Source: Candidatus Tayloriibacteriota bacterium (GTDB lineage: Bacteria > Patescibacteriota > Minisyncoccia > Phycocordibacterales > PALSA-1337). From it: 64,000 bases of DNA. Where the stretch lies: the NCBI GenBank assembly GCA_052034805.1, contig JBPOID010000003.1, positions 3,502 through 67,501 on the forward strand, read 5' to 3'. The position numbers and the translations under genes are program-made. The notes beneath the pieces are model-generated. The model was given only the letters and a program-made list of their open reading frames with translations. It did no database searches and was not told the origin of the DNA. Below, in pieces: positions 51,440 through 59,245 of the stretch; position 1 is the first letter of the stretch, and every line of letters begins with the position of its first letter.

Positions 51440-53060
51440 TCAAATTGAAATAATCCACGAGCAGCTTCCGCTACCCGTGCCTTGTTACGACTTACTCCCT
51501 GTCATTGAGCTTACCTTAGGCCGCGACAAGCGCGGACTTCGGGTACTCCCAACTCCCTTGAGTTGACGGGCGGTGAGTACAAGACTTGAGAACGTATTCA
51601 CCTCGGTATAGCTGACCCGAGATTACTAGCAATTCCGGTTTCATGAGGTCGAGTTGCAGACCTCAATCCAAACTGACGCACCCTTTATAAGGATTTGCTC
51701 CGCCTTTTATCGGCATTGCTTCCCGTTGTAGGTGCGATTGTATCGCGTGTGTAGCCCAGGGTATCAGAGGGACATGCTGACCTGGCGTCATCCTCACCTT
51801 CCTCCCACGACGCAGAGCACAATTATATATTGAAAAATGAATCTCTAAGAAAATTGGTTCGCTTCTCTTGCGGTCGGGAGACCTTTTCGGTCCGCTTTCG
51901 CTCTCGAAAAGGCTCCCTCCCCGGAAGCTCACACAATTTTCTAAATATAATTCCGCGCTATGTCGTGGGCAGTCTCGCCTGACAAATATAACAGGCAACG
52001 AGGGTTGCGTTCGTTACCCCACTGAAGGGAACAACTCAAGCCACGAACTGACGACGGCCATGCATCACCTGCCTAACTGTCTTGCGACGACCAAAGTTTC
52101 TTCTGGTCTTCAGCTAGGTTTCAAACCCTGGTAAGGTTCTTCGTTTGTCATCGAATTAAACCACATGATCCACTGCTTGTGCAAGTCCCCGTCTATTCCT
52201 TTGAGTTTTAACCTTGCGGTCGTACTACCCAGGCGCTTCTCTTAACGCGTTAGCTAAGCCTCTCAGAGGGTCGATACTCCGAAAAGCGAGAGAAGATCGT
52301 TTAGGGCGTGGACTACTGGGGTATCTAATCCCATTCGCGACCCACGCTTTCATGTTTCAGTGTCAGGAGTGCTCCAGTTTCTTGCCTTCGCTTTTGGTGT
52401 TCCCCATAATATCAACGCATTTCACCGCTACACTATGAGTTCCAGAAACCCCTCGCATCCTCTAGTTGTACCGTTTCCTTTGCATGTCCCCGGTTAAGCC
52501 GAAGAATTTAACAAAAGACTAATACAACCACCTACACATCCTTTACGCCCAATGATTCCGGATAACGCTTGAGGCACTCGTATTACCGCTGCTGCTGGCA
52601 CGAGTTTAGCAACCTCTTATTCGCCAAGTACTATCAATAAACTTTCTCCCTGGCAAAAGGTTTTTACGTCCCTAGGGACTTCATCAACCACGCGGCGTCG
52701 CTCCGTCAGGCTTTCGCCCATTGCGGAAGATTCTCGACTGCGGCCACCCGTAGGTGTATGGACCGTCTCTCAGTTCCATCGGTGGGGGTCACCCTCTCAG
52801 GTCCCCTAAGCGTCTTAGCCTTGGTAGGCCATTACCCTACCAACTAGCTGATACTGAACAGGCCCATCCAAAAGCGATAAATCTTTACTCTTTCGAGACC
52901 ATCAAGTATTAACTCATCTTTCGATGAGGTATCCCTGACTCTTGGGTTGGTACCTGCTTATTACTACCTCGTCTGCCACTGTGTATTGCTACACCGTTTG
53001 ACTTGCATGCCTTATCCACGCCGCCAGCGTTCATCCTGAGCTAGGATCAAACTCTTAACT
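51440..53060 (-). rRNA. rrs: 16S ribosomal RNA (about 1.62 kb, with internal expansion and atypical 3' tail; boundaries approximate)
   Basis: Reverse complement contains the 5' end AGAGTTTGATCCTAGCTCAGGATGAACGCTGGCGG (53035..53055), the 806R site GGACTACTGGGGTATCTAATCC, decoding-centre GTACTCACCGCCCGTCA, the 1492 region AAGTCGTAACAAGG, and helix 45 with GGAA loop. No 23S/5S follows. Confidence 0.92.
51806..51968 (-). other. ~160-nt AT-rich expansion/insertion in 16S helix 40 region
   Basis: Conserved flanks ...GACGCCAGGTCAGCATG/GGAGGAAGGTGAGGATGAC and ...GAGACTGCCCACGAC are separated by ~165 nt, against ~12 nt (CCGGTGACAAACC) in typical 16S. The flanks CCACGAC...GTCGTGG can pair to extend the helix. 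Confidence 0.6.
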
Positions 53061-53064
53061 AAAA

Positions 53065-53082
53065 TGAACGGAACAAAATAAA
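53065..53082 (-). other. 5' half of the pre-16S processing stem
   Basis: Exact 18-nt complement of 51259..51276; lies ~5 nt upstream of the mature 16S 5' end. Confidence 0.7.
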
Positions 53083-53347
53083 AAACAGTAATACTTTTAG
53101 GAATTATTATCTTATATTTTGAATTCTTTTAGATGCTATAGAGTTTGAAACAGCTCATGTTAATGTGAATATATTAACTTGGAATCATTGTTTCAAAATA
53201 AACATTAAACTTGCACATATTCAATCAAAAGTTGAATTCGAATACGTTCTTTCTAATGCATAACTTAAACTTAATAAATTTTCAAAAAACATGCTCTTCT
53301 TGGAGCGTAGATACCATTCTACTTATAGATAGAATAAAGTCAAGTAC

Positions 53348-54610
53348 TTAACGACTTTCTAGAGAATTTACCTCATTTTCCTTGATTTTCTTTATAATTC
53401 TCCATCTATGTCTGAAATGGCTTATTGTTACATAACTTATAAATGCCAATGCCAATACTATATAAACGATATAATCTATTACAAATCTAATAAGTGAAAA
53501 AGATGATCTTATTTCTATTGATTCATCTCTTATATTGCCCGCCTTATCTATAGCACGCACTATAACCTGTAAATTACTAGTATCAGTTACTGGTACTTGG
53601 AATGGACTTTCTGTTTGTATAAATACTGGGGAAACAGTTAGAGGTTGAGACTTATCTATAATACCAACTTCATAATGATCAATGCCAGAAAGATTATCTG
53701 TGGTAAAGAAAGAAACTAGGGTTCTTTGTGAAAGTATTGTCGCCGCTAATAAATAATTAGCTTCGGGTTTAAAATCTGCAGGAGGAGCAGTATCTATCCT
53801 TATTAGGAAATGTCCTGTACTTCCCCATTCACCCTTCGCTCCACCCTTGTGAGCCTTCACGTGGAAATACCATAGACCATCCGCCAAATCAGTAAATCCT
53901 TTACTCGTATCATTAGAATTTATTACACTATCTGGAATAGTAGAAAATTTATTATCTAAAACATAACTAAAACCATCTACATCTGTATCACGATCCCATG
54001 ATACAACCGGACTATTATTATTATACCAATCATCTTGTACTGGATGTGTTTCTGAGAAAATTCTCACACCATCTGGAGCCTTGGTAATTATTTCATAATT
54101 AGCTCTGCCTAGATCTGCAACAGCTTCAGTACCCATACCATCATTCAAAAGTATTTTTGAATCCGAACGAATACTTACTGTAGCATTACCTGTTTTCAAT
54201 GCCTTAAATGTTATAGTACCAATAAGACCTGATTTTGTAGTTATACCATCAGGTATAACTCCAACATATCTAGCCATACCTCTTTCATTATCATATTTTG
54301 GTGGTTCAACCCATATACCGATAATCGATTTACCTCCAGATGGTTTTATTATTGATAATTTATTTTTATCAAAATTAACTACTATTTCTACACCATTTAT
54401 ACTAGAATTTTTTGTATTTATAATAATAGGAACTTCAAATGTCGAACCTTCAACGAAACTCCCAGAACGAGGAGATAATGATACTTCAACTTTCGGAAGT
54501 AATTTCATAGCATTTACTGTTACTGTTTCTGCATGAAGAGGTAGAGAAAATGACATTGATATAGTCAATGCAATAATTAAAAATAAATATGATTTAATTC
54601 TATTAATCAT
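53348..54610 (-). CDS. Cell-surface protein: signal peptide, cohesin-like beta-sandwich module, second conserved domain, C-terminal TM anchor
   Basis: Signal peptide MINRIKSYLFLIIALTISMSFSLPLHA. Module VEVSLSPRSGSFVEGSTFEVPIIINT...IGTITFKALKTGNATVSIRSDSKILLNDGMGTE has cohesin-like periodicity. C-terminal helix FVIDYIVYIVLALAFISYVTISHF + RHRWR. Paralogous to the next two genes. Confidence 0.55.
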   Translation of the reverse strand: MINRIKSYLFLIIALTISMSFSLPLHAETVTVNAMKLLPKVEVSLSPRSGSFVEGSTFEVPIIINTKNSSINGVEIVVNFDKNKLSIIKPSGGKSIIGIWVEPPKYDNERGMARYVGVIPDGITTKSGLIGTITFKALKTGNATVSIRSDSKILLNDGMGTEAVADLGRANYEIITKAPDGVRIFSETHPVQDDWYNNNSPVVSWDRDTDVDGFSYVLDNKFSTIPDSVINSNDTSKGFTDLADGLWYFHVKAHKGGAKGEWGSTGHFLIRIDTAPPADFKPEANYLLAATILSQRTLVSFFTTDNLSGIDHYEVGIIDKSQPLTVSPVFIQTESPFQVPVTDTSNLQVIVRAIDKAGNIRDESIEIRSSFSLIRFVIDYIVYIVLALAFISYVTISHFRHRWRIIKKIKENEVNSLESR

Positions 54611-55764
54611 TATAATTCAATGTCTCTAATCTCTCTACCTATAGTTCTTTCAGCAGAATTTATATCTTTCTTTAATAAGGATTTATCTTCTATATCTTCT
54701 CGGAGAATATCAAAGGATTTATGTACTATATCTTCTACTTTATGCATCTCTCTTTTATATTTTCCATTACTATTTGTCTTTCTTTTTTCATCTTTATCTT
54801 CTGTATATATATGTATTATTAAATAAACAATAATAAGTATTAGTATTAACAATATAATCCATATTTGCCATGGAATATCAGAGAAAAAATTACCTATATT
54901 TATAATTATTTTATTTGATTCATTACTATGAGTACCATCACTCTTTATCATAATAGCTGTTACTGTATATTCACCAGACTTTAGAGAATTAGGTACTGGT
55001 AAATTGAAATTTCCATTATCTTCAGCTATATCAGTTATAAATATCTTAGTACCTTTTTCAGAGATAAAAGTTATTAATACTTGTGCTTTAGAATAATCAG
55101 ATATTCCTATAATAGATGGCTGATTATACTTTATTCCATATACTATCTCTGGCGACTTTAGAGTTAAAGGTTTCTCTATCACAGGTGCTGGTACTACTTC
55201 TGGAGTATTTTCTTTTATCTCTTTAATTGGTTCCGGCTTTACACTGGCTTCTTTTATAGAAAACATTGCCCCTGATAGATTGCCAGTTATGTCTGTGCCT
55301 TCTCCATCATTTGCAAGTATTTGACCAGATTGAAAAGAAATATTAGCTGAACCGATCTTTAATGGTCTTATAACTATAGTAAGAATATTACCGATTGAAC
55401 CACCTTTATATCCACCGAGTGCAACTCCTTCGAAACGGACTGTACCGTTTGATCTAGAAAGAGTTGGTTCTGTTACCCAAAAATTCAAAGCGGAACCAGA
55501 TTTTGAAACAGATTCAATAGAAAATAATGATGTTGGAATATTTATAACAGAAGATACAGCATTAAAAGCTATATCACTAGTAACATTTACCTTTAATATT
55601 ATAGAACTACCAACTTCATAACTACCAGAAGATGGACTGATGGATAGTGTCGCAGCAAAAACTGTATTAGAAAATAATGGTACAAAAAAGAATATTAAAG
55701 ATAACAATACTAGCGGATAAATATTGATTTTATTTTCTTTTTTGAAAAAATCACAAATGTACAT
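54610..55764 (-). CDS. Cell-surface cohesin-like module protein (paralog 2) with C-terminal TM anchor and ~70-aa charged cytoplasmic tail
   Basis: Signal peptide, LSISPSSGSYEVGSSIILKVNVTSD...ILTIVIRPLKIGSANISFQSGQILANDGEGTD, TM helix IWIILLILILIIVYLIIHIY. Confidence 0.55.
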   Translation of the reverse strand: MYICDFFKKENKINIYPLVLLSLIFFFVPLFSNTVFAATLSISPSSGSYEVGSSIILKVNVTSDIAFNAVSSVINIPTSLFSIESVSKSGSALNFWVTEPTLSRSNGTVRFEGVALGGYKGGSIGNILTIVIRPLKIGSANISFQSGQILANDGEGTDITGNLSGAMFSIKEASVKPEPIKEIKENTPEVVPAPVIEKPLTLKSPEIVYGIKYNQPSIIGISDYSKAQVLITFISEKGTKIFITDIAEDNGNFNLPVPNSLKSGEYTVTAIMIKSDGTHSNESNKIIINIGNFFSDIPWQIWIILLILILIIVYLIIHIYTEDKDEKRKTNSNGKYKREMHKVEDIVHKSFDILREDIEDKSLLKKDINSAERTIGREIRDIEL

Positions 55765-56600
55765 ATTACTAAAATTATAGCAAGAATTATGTAATGTTCA
55801 TACCATGGAATATTCTTCGGATTAACCATAACTACTCTTATATTGTTTGATTTATCAACAGCTTTTACATAAATCTTGGTTCTTAATTCTTGATCCTTCA
55901 AAAGATATGGGCTTGTAGCCTCTATACAATCAGATTCAATACCCTCACAAATCTCATAATGATCAATACCAGAAATCTTATCTTGAGTATTAAATACTAT
56001 AAAATATTTATCATCAAAAATATTAGGGTCTTTATTTATTTCTGGAACAAATGTTTCCGGCAAATCTTTATCTAAAATATTATATTCACTAGGTATATAA
56101 TCCTTATTAGTTTTATTAAAAATATTTAATTGTAAATTCTTTATTTTGGCTTTTATTTCTGTACCCTTTCCATCATTACGGAATAATTGTGATTTGATTA
56201 CCTTTAGAGATGTATTACCAGACTTCTTTATCTCAAAAATAATCCTTATAATATTTCCCTTATCTCCATTATATCCACCAGGAGTTATACCAGAAAGATA
56301 TATTTCACCATCTTTTAATATATTTGGTTTATCTATCCAAATATTAACTATAGAATCGCCTGTGTATATATTTTTAAAATCAAGTATATCGCTAGGATAA
56401 GAAATGGTACTTGCTATAGTGTTTATAGATTCATTTTGTGTATTCAAATATAAATCTACAGATATAATATCTCCAACTCTTAAAATATCATTAGAAGGAT
56501 TAACAATACTTAATTCAGCAGCATAAACAGTATTACTAAATAGTAATACTGTAATTAAAAATAAAATTGTAATAATTATTTTCTTCATTATCCTGTCCAA
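55710..56600 (-). CDS. Cell-surface cohesin-like module protein (paralog 3) with C-terminal TM anchor
   Basis: Signal peptide MKKIIITILFLITVLLFSNTVYA. LSIVNPSNDILRVGDIISVDLYLNT...IIRIIFEIKKSGNTSLKVIKSQLFRNDGKGTE. Shares SGIDHYE...VKAVDKSNNIR with paralog 1. TM HYIILAIILVICTFVIF. Overlaps the downstream paralog by 55 nt in a different frame. Confidence 0.55.
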   Translation of the reverse strand: MDRIMKKIIITILFLITVLLFSNTVYAAELSIVNPSNDILRVGDIISVDLYLNTQNESINTIASTISYPSDILDFKNIYTGDSIVNIWIDKPNILKDGEIYLSGITPGGYNGDKGNIIRIIFEIKKSGNTSLKVIKSQLFRNDGKGTEIKAKIKNLQLNIFNKTNKDYIPSEYNILDKDLPETFVPEINKDPNIFDDKYFIVFNTQDKISGIDHYEICEGIESDCIEATSPYLLKDQELRTKIYVKAVDKSNNIRVVMVNPKNIPWYEHYIILAIILVICTFVIFSKKKIKSIFIR

Positions 56601-57955
56601 TTAAATGCCATAATACTGAAATCTATAAGATCTATTTTTGCATCACCATTCAATCTTTCTTTTTCTATAAGCTTAAATGATTCACTGAGTATATGTTTAT
56701 ACCAAAAAGCAGCAATAGAGAAGTCTACAAGATTAACTCTGCCATCTTTATTCAAATCTCCTCTCAAAATTTTATTTGCCAAAGAGACTGCGGCAACATT
56801 TTTATTACCGACAATAAAACCTAAAGAATTACTGAAAGGACTTATTTCACCATTGATTGCTGCTTTTAATTTTGTAGAATGTTGACCCATTTCGAGAGGA
56901 GTAGTATCAAAATTATATAAATATATACCATTCTTATCAGAATTAGTTTTAGAGAAAATAGTTTCATTAGAATTAACTTGAATAGTTAAATCTCCATTGC
57001 CAACAGATTGTCCAAATATGGCTATATTATCACCTCTCTTAACTTCACTTTTATCTAAAGAAATCGTAGGAGTTATGAATATACCACCAACACTAGTTAT
57101 AACACCTCTTGTTACAAATATCTGAAATGTAAAAGGACTAGATTTCACATTTCTATTATCTTCACCGTAAACACCAAAAATATAACTACCTGGTGAAAGA
57201 TTGGTTATTCTTGCTGTAAAATTACTATCGGGACCAGCAATTGTATTAAGTATTAATTGTCCATCTTTTAGAAATCCTACCTTACTTAAAGGATAAGCTC
57301 TCCCAGAAAGGACAACTCCTGTATCTCCAGAATCAGTATCACCACCCCCACCTCCTCCTCCGCCCCCGCCACCACCTCCCCCTCCTCCGCCACCACCTCC
57401 ATTATTATTGTTTGAAGATACTGGTGTAGAAGATATTTGACTTGAAGAAGCTATAGCGTTACCAAAAATATCTTTAACAACTATAACGAAATAATAAGTA
57501 GTATTATTAGTCAAACCAGAAATACTAGAAGATGTGACATTACCGAGAGAAGTATAAGTATATGGACCTCCTGACACAGTCGATCTAGCTATATTATAGC
57601 CAGATGGAGTCCAGCCTAAAAATCCAGATGAATTTGTCCATGATAAACTAATAGAAGAATCGCCTGGTGTAGCAGAAACCACAGGTGAAGATACGAATGG
57701 ATAGAATAATGAACCCGCATTCAATTTATAATCTGTTGCACTACTAGTACCAATACTCATTTGCGATAGACTACTCCATAATTGAAAACTCGTAGAAGTA
57801 GCGTAATTAGCGGAAAACATAACTGGATCTACAACTTGATAAGATCCTGATGTGTATTCATCAGCATTAGATACAAAGACAATAGAAAGGAATAGGAATA
57901 ACGCCAGTGTTAAAGCTCTTAGATATCTAATGCCTTTATATACATCTTTTGTCAT
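56588..57955 (-). CDS. Secreted dockerin-containing protein: signal peptide, Fn3-like domain, 22-Gly linker, Ig-like domain, C-terminal type-I dockerin
   Basis: Signal peptide ...LFLFLSIVFVSNA. Fn3-like SATPGDSSISLSWTNSSGFLGWTPSGYNIARS...TTYYFVIVVKD, G22 run. C-terminal GDLNKDGRVNLVDFSIAAFWYKHIL...LNGDAKIDLIDFSIMAFNW has two Ca-binding DxNxDGxVNxxD-type dockerin repeats. Confidence 0.7.
   Translation of the reverse strand: MTKDVYKGIRYLRALTLALFLFLSIVFVSNADEYTSGSYQVVDPVMFSANYATSTSFQLWSSLSQMSIGTSSATDYKLNAGSLFYPFVSSPVVSATPGDSSISLSWTNSSGFLGWTPSGYNIARSTVSGGPYTYTSLGNVTSSSISGLTNNTTYYFVIVVKDIFGNAIASSSQISSTPVSSNNNNGGGGGGGGGGGGGGGGGGGGDTDSGDTGVVLSGRAYPLSKVGFLKDGQLILNTIAGPDSNFTARITNLSPGSYIFGVYGEDNRNVKSSPFTFQIFVTRGVITSVGGIFITPTISLDKSEVKRGDNIAIFGQSVGNGDLTIQVNSNETIFSKTNSDKNGIYLYNFDTTPLEMGQHSTKLKAAINGEISPFSNSLGFIVGNKNVAAVSLANKILRGDLNKDGRVNLVDFSIAAFWYKHILSESFKLIEKERLNGDAKIDLIDFSIMAFNWTG
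57341..57410 (-). repeat. 70-nt near-100% G+C (CCN)n tract encoding a 22-residue poly-glycine linker
   Basis: ACCACCCCCACCTCCTCCTCCGCCCCCGCCACCACCTCCCCCTCCTCCGCCACCACCTCC in a ~28% GC genome; mixed GGN codons. Confidence 0.8.
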
Positions 57956-57979
57956 TTTCTAATAAACCTCTATTGTCAA

Positions 57980-58363
57980 TTATTGGCCGATCTTTAGAGT
58001 TGCAACTTCAACTATTATATTAGACTTATCATCATATATAAGTGCTGTCTTGGATACAGGATAGACTATAAGATAATCACCTACCTTTGCTTTAACGAAA
58101 AATGGATTATTAACAAAAGGTTTAGTATCAGAAATCATAGCCACTACTGGTTTCTCATTTGTTGGTAAAGCTATTAATTTACCAACTTTATCTATAAGCA
58201 TAGTTACTTTTGCTTCATTTTCTTTATCTTGATTCTGTTTTAGAGAAACGGTTTTACTGTAGAAATAAAATAAAGATACTGATGCAATAATTATAAGTAT
58301 GATTATCACTAGAATTGGTTTAGTGAGAAACTTTGTTTTTGTATTGTTTGTATTAGGTTCCAT
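57980..58363 (-). CDS. Small N-terminally membrane-anchored protein, paralog A of a tandem triplet
   Basis: 127 aa. TM ILVIIILIIIASVSLFYF, then conserved LIALPTNEKPVVAMISDTKPFVNNPFFVKAKVGDYLIVYP...EVATL. Confidence 0.55.
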   Translation of the reverse strand: MEPNTNNTKTKFLTKPILVIIILIIIASVSLFYFYSKTVSLKQNQDKENEAKVTMLIDKVGKLIALPTNEKPVVAMISDTKPFVNNPFFVKAKVGDYLIVYPVSKTALIYDDKSNIIVEVATLKIGQ

Positions 58364-58373
58364 ATTTTTTTAA

Positions 58374-58751
58374 TTATTTTGAAGAATTTTTATTTGTTGT
58401 TTCCAAATTTATCTTGGCTACTTCCAGAATCTTATTTGCTACTGGATCATAAAGATATATTTTGCCAGTATTTTTATAAAAGACTACATTATCACCATTT
58501 TTTGCTTTTGCGAAAAATGGGTCCTTATTCAACTTTTCTATATCATTTACAACCATTATAACAGGTGTTTCATCTTCTGGTAGAATTATCAATTTACCTA
58601 ATCTAGAAACCAAATCCTCAGTTTGTTGTTCTACTGAACTCTGTGGATTATCTTTAATGTTTCCTGCTTTCTTGTAAAAGTTAAACGCAAAGCCACTTAT
58701 GATAATAAACACAACTAAAAGTAAAAAGAAAATTTTATTTCTGTAATTCAT
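58374..58751 (-). CDS. Small N-terminally membrane-anchored protein, paralog B
   Basis: 125 aa; LIILPEDETPVIMVVNDIEKLNKDPFFAKAKNGDNVVFY...EVAKI aligns with paralogs A and C. Confidence 0.55.
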   Translation of the reverse strand: MNYRNKIFFLLLVVFIIISGFAFNFYKKAGNIKDNPQSSVEQQTEDLVSRLGKLIILPEDETPVIMVVNDIEKLNKDPFFAKAKNGDNVVFYKNTGKIYLYDPVANKILEVAKINLETTNKNSSK

Positions 58752-58816
58752 AATGACAATTATAAACTATTGATAGTTATTAAAGCAAATCTATTATCCA
58801 CAAAATAGCCAGTAAA

Positions 58817-59221
58817 TTAGCGATTTGTTGTGGAATTTATATCTGTTGTTTTATTTGCAGAAACAGAAGATATTTCTATAATTTTCTTTATGGAAGGCCT
58901 CCATAATATAGCCTTTTGAGATGTTTGATATATAAGAACCTTATCCCCCACTTGTGCATTAGCAAAGAATTTCTGATCTTTTAATTTTGATGGGTCTGAT
59001 ACTGTCGCCAAAGTTGGTGTTTCATCTTTTGGTAATACTATAAATACACCTATATCTTTAACTATTTGATTTGTTTCTCTAGAAATAGCTTCACCAGGAT
59101 TCTCTAGATTACGTATTTTATTTATAAAAATAATATTAGATACTATAAGACCAATAATTATTATAATAAGACTTATAATAAAAACTTTTATTCTTGATGG
59201 TAATAAATTAAATGTTTTCAT
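58817..59221 (-). CDS. Small N-terminally membrane-anchored protein, paralog C
   Basis: 134 aa; VFIVLPKDETPTLATVSDPSKLKDQKFFANAQVGDKVLIYQ...EISSV. Confidence 0.55.
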   Translation of the reverse strand: MKTFNLLPSRIKVFIISLIIIIIGLIVSNIIFINKIRNLENPGEAISRETNQIVKDIGVFIVLPKDETPTLATVSDPSKLKDQKFFANAQVGDKVLIYQTSQKAILWRPSIKKIIEISSVSANKTTDINSTTNR

Positions 59222-59245
59222 ATCTAGAGTATATCATAATTTATT

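Noticed and set aside
51277-51440. Possible tRNA or 5S gene in the 165-nt 16S 3' trailer
   Set aside because: No T-arm (GTTCGA/GTTCAA with flanking stem) or cloverleaf could be built. Only a short palindrome and one small hairpin are present. Left as unexplained trailer sequence.
51663-52438. ORF-track ORFs of 111, 88 and 74 aa (51663..51998 -, 51868..52134 +, 52214..52438 +)
   Set aside because: They lie entirely inside the 16S rRNA gene, whose higher GC removes stop codons. They are spurious.
57341-57410. GC-rich repeat considered as a possible CRISPR/tandem-repeat element
   Set aside because: It is in-frame coding sequence (poly-Gly linker) with no spacer-repeat periodicity. No CRISPR array exists anywhere in the window.
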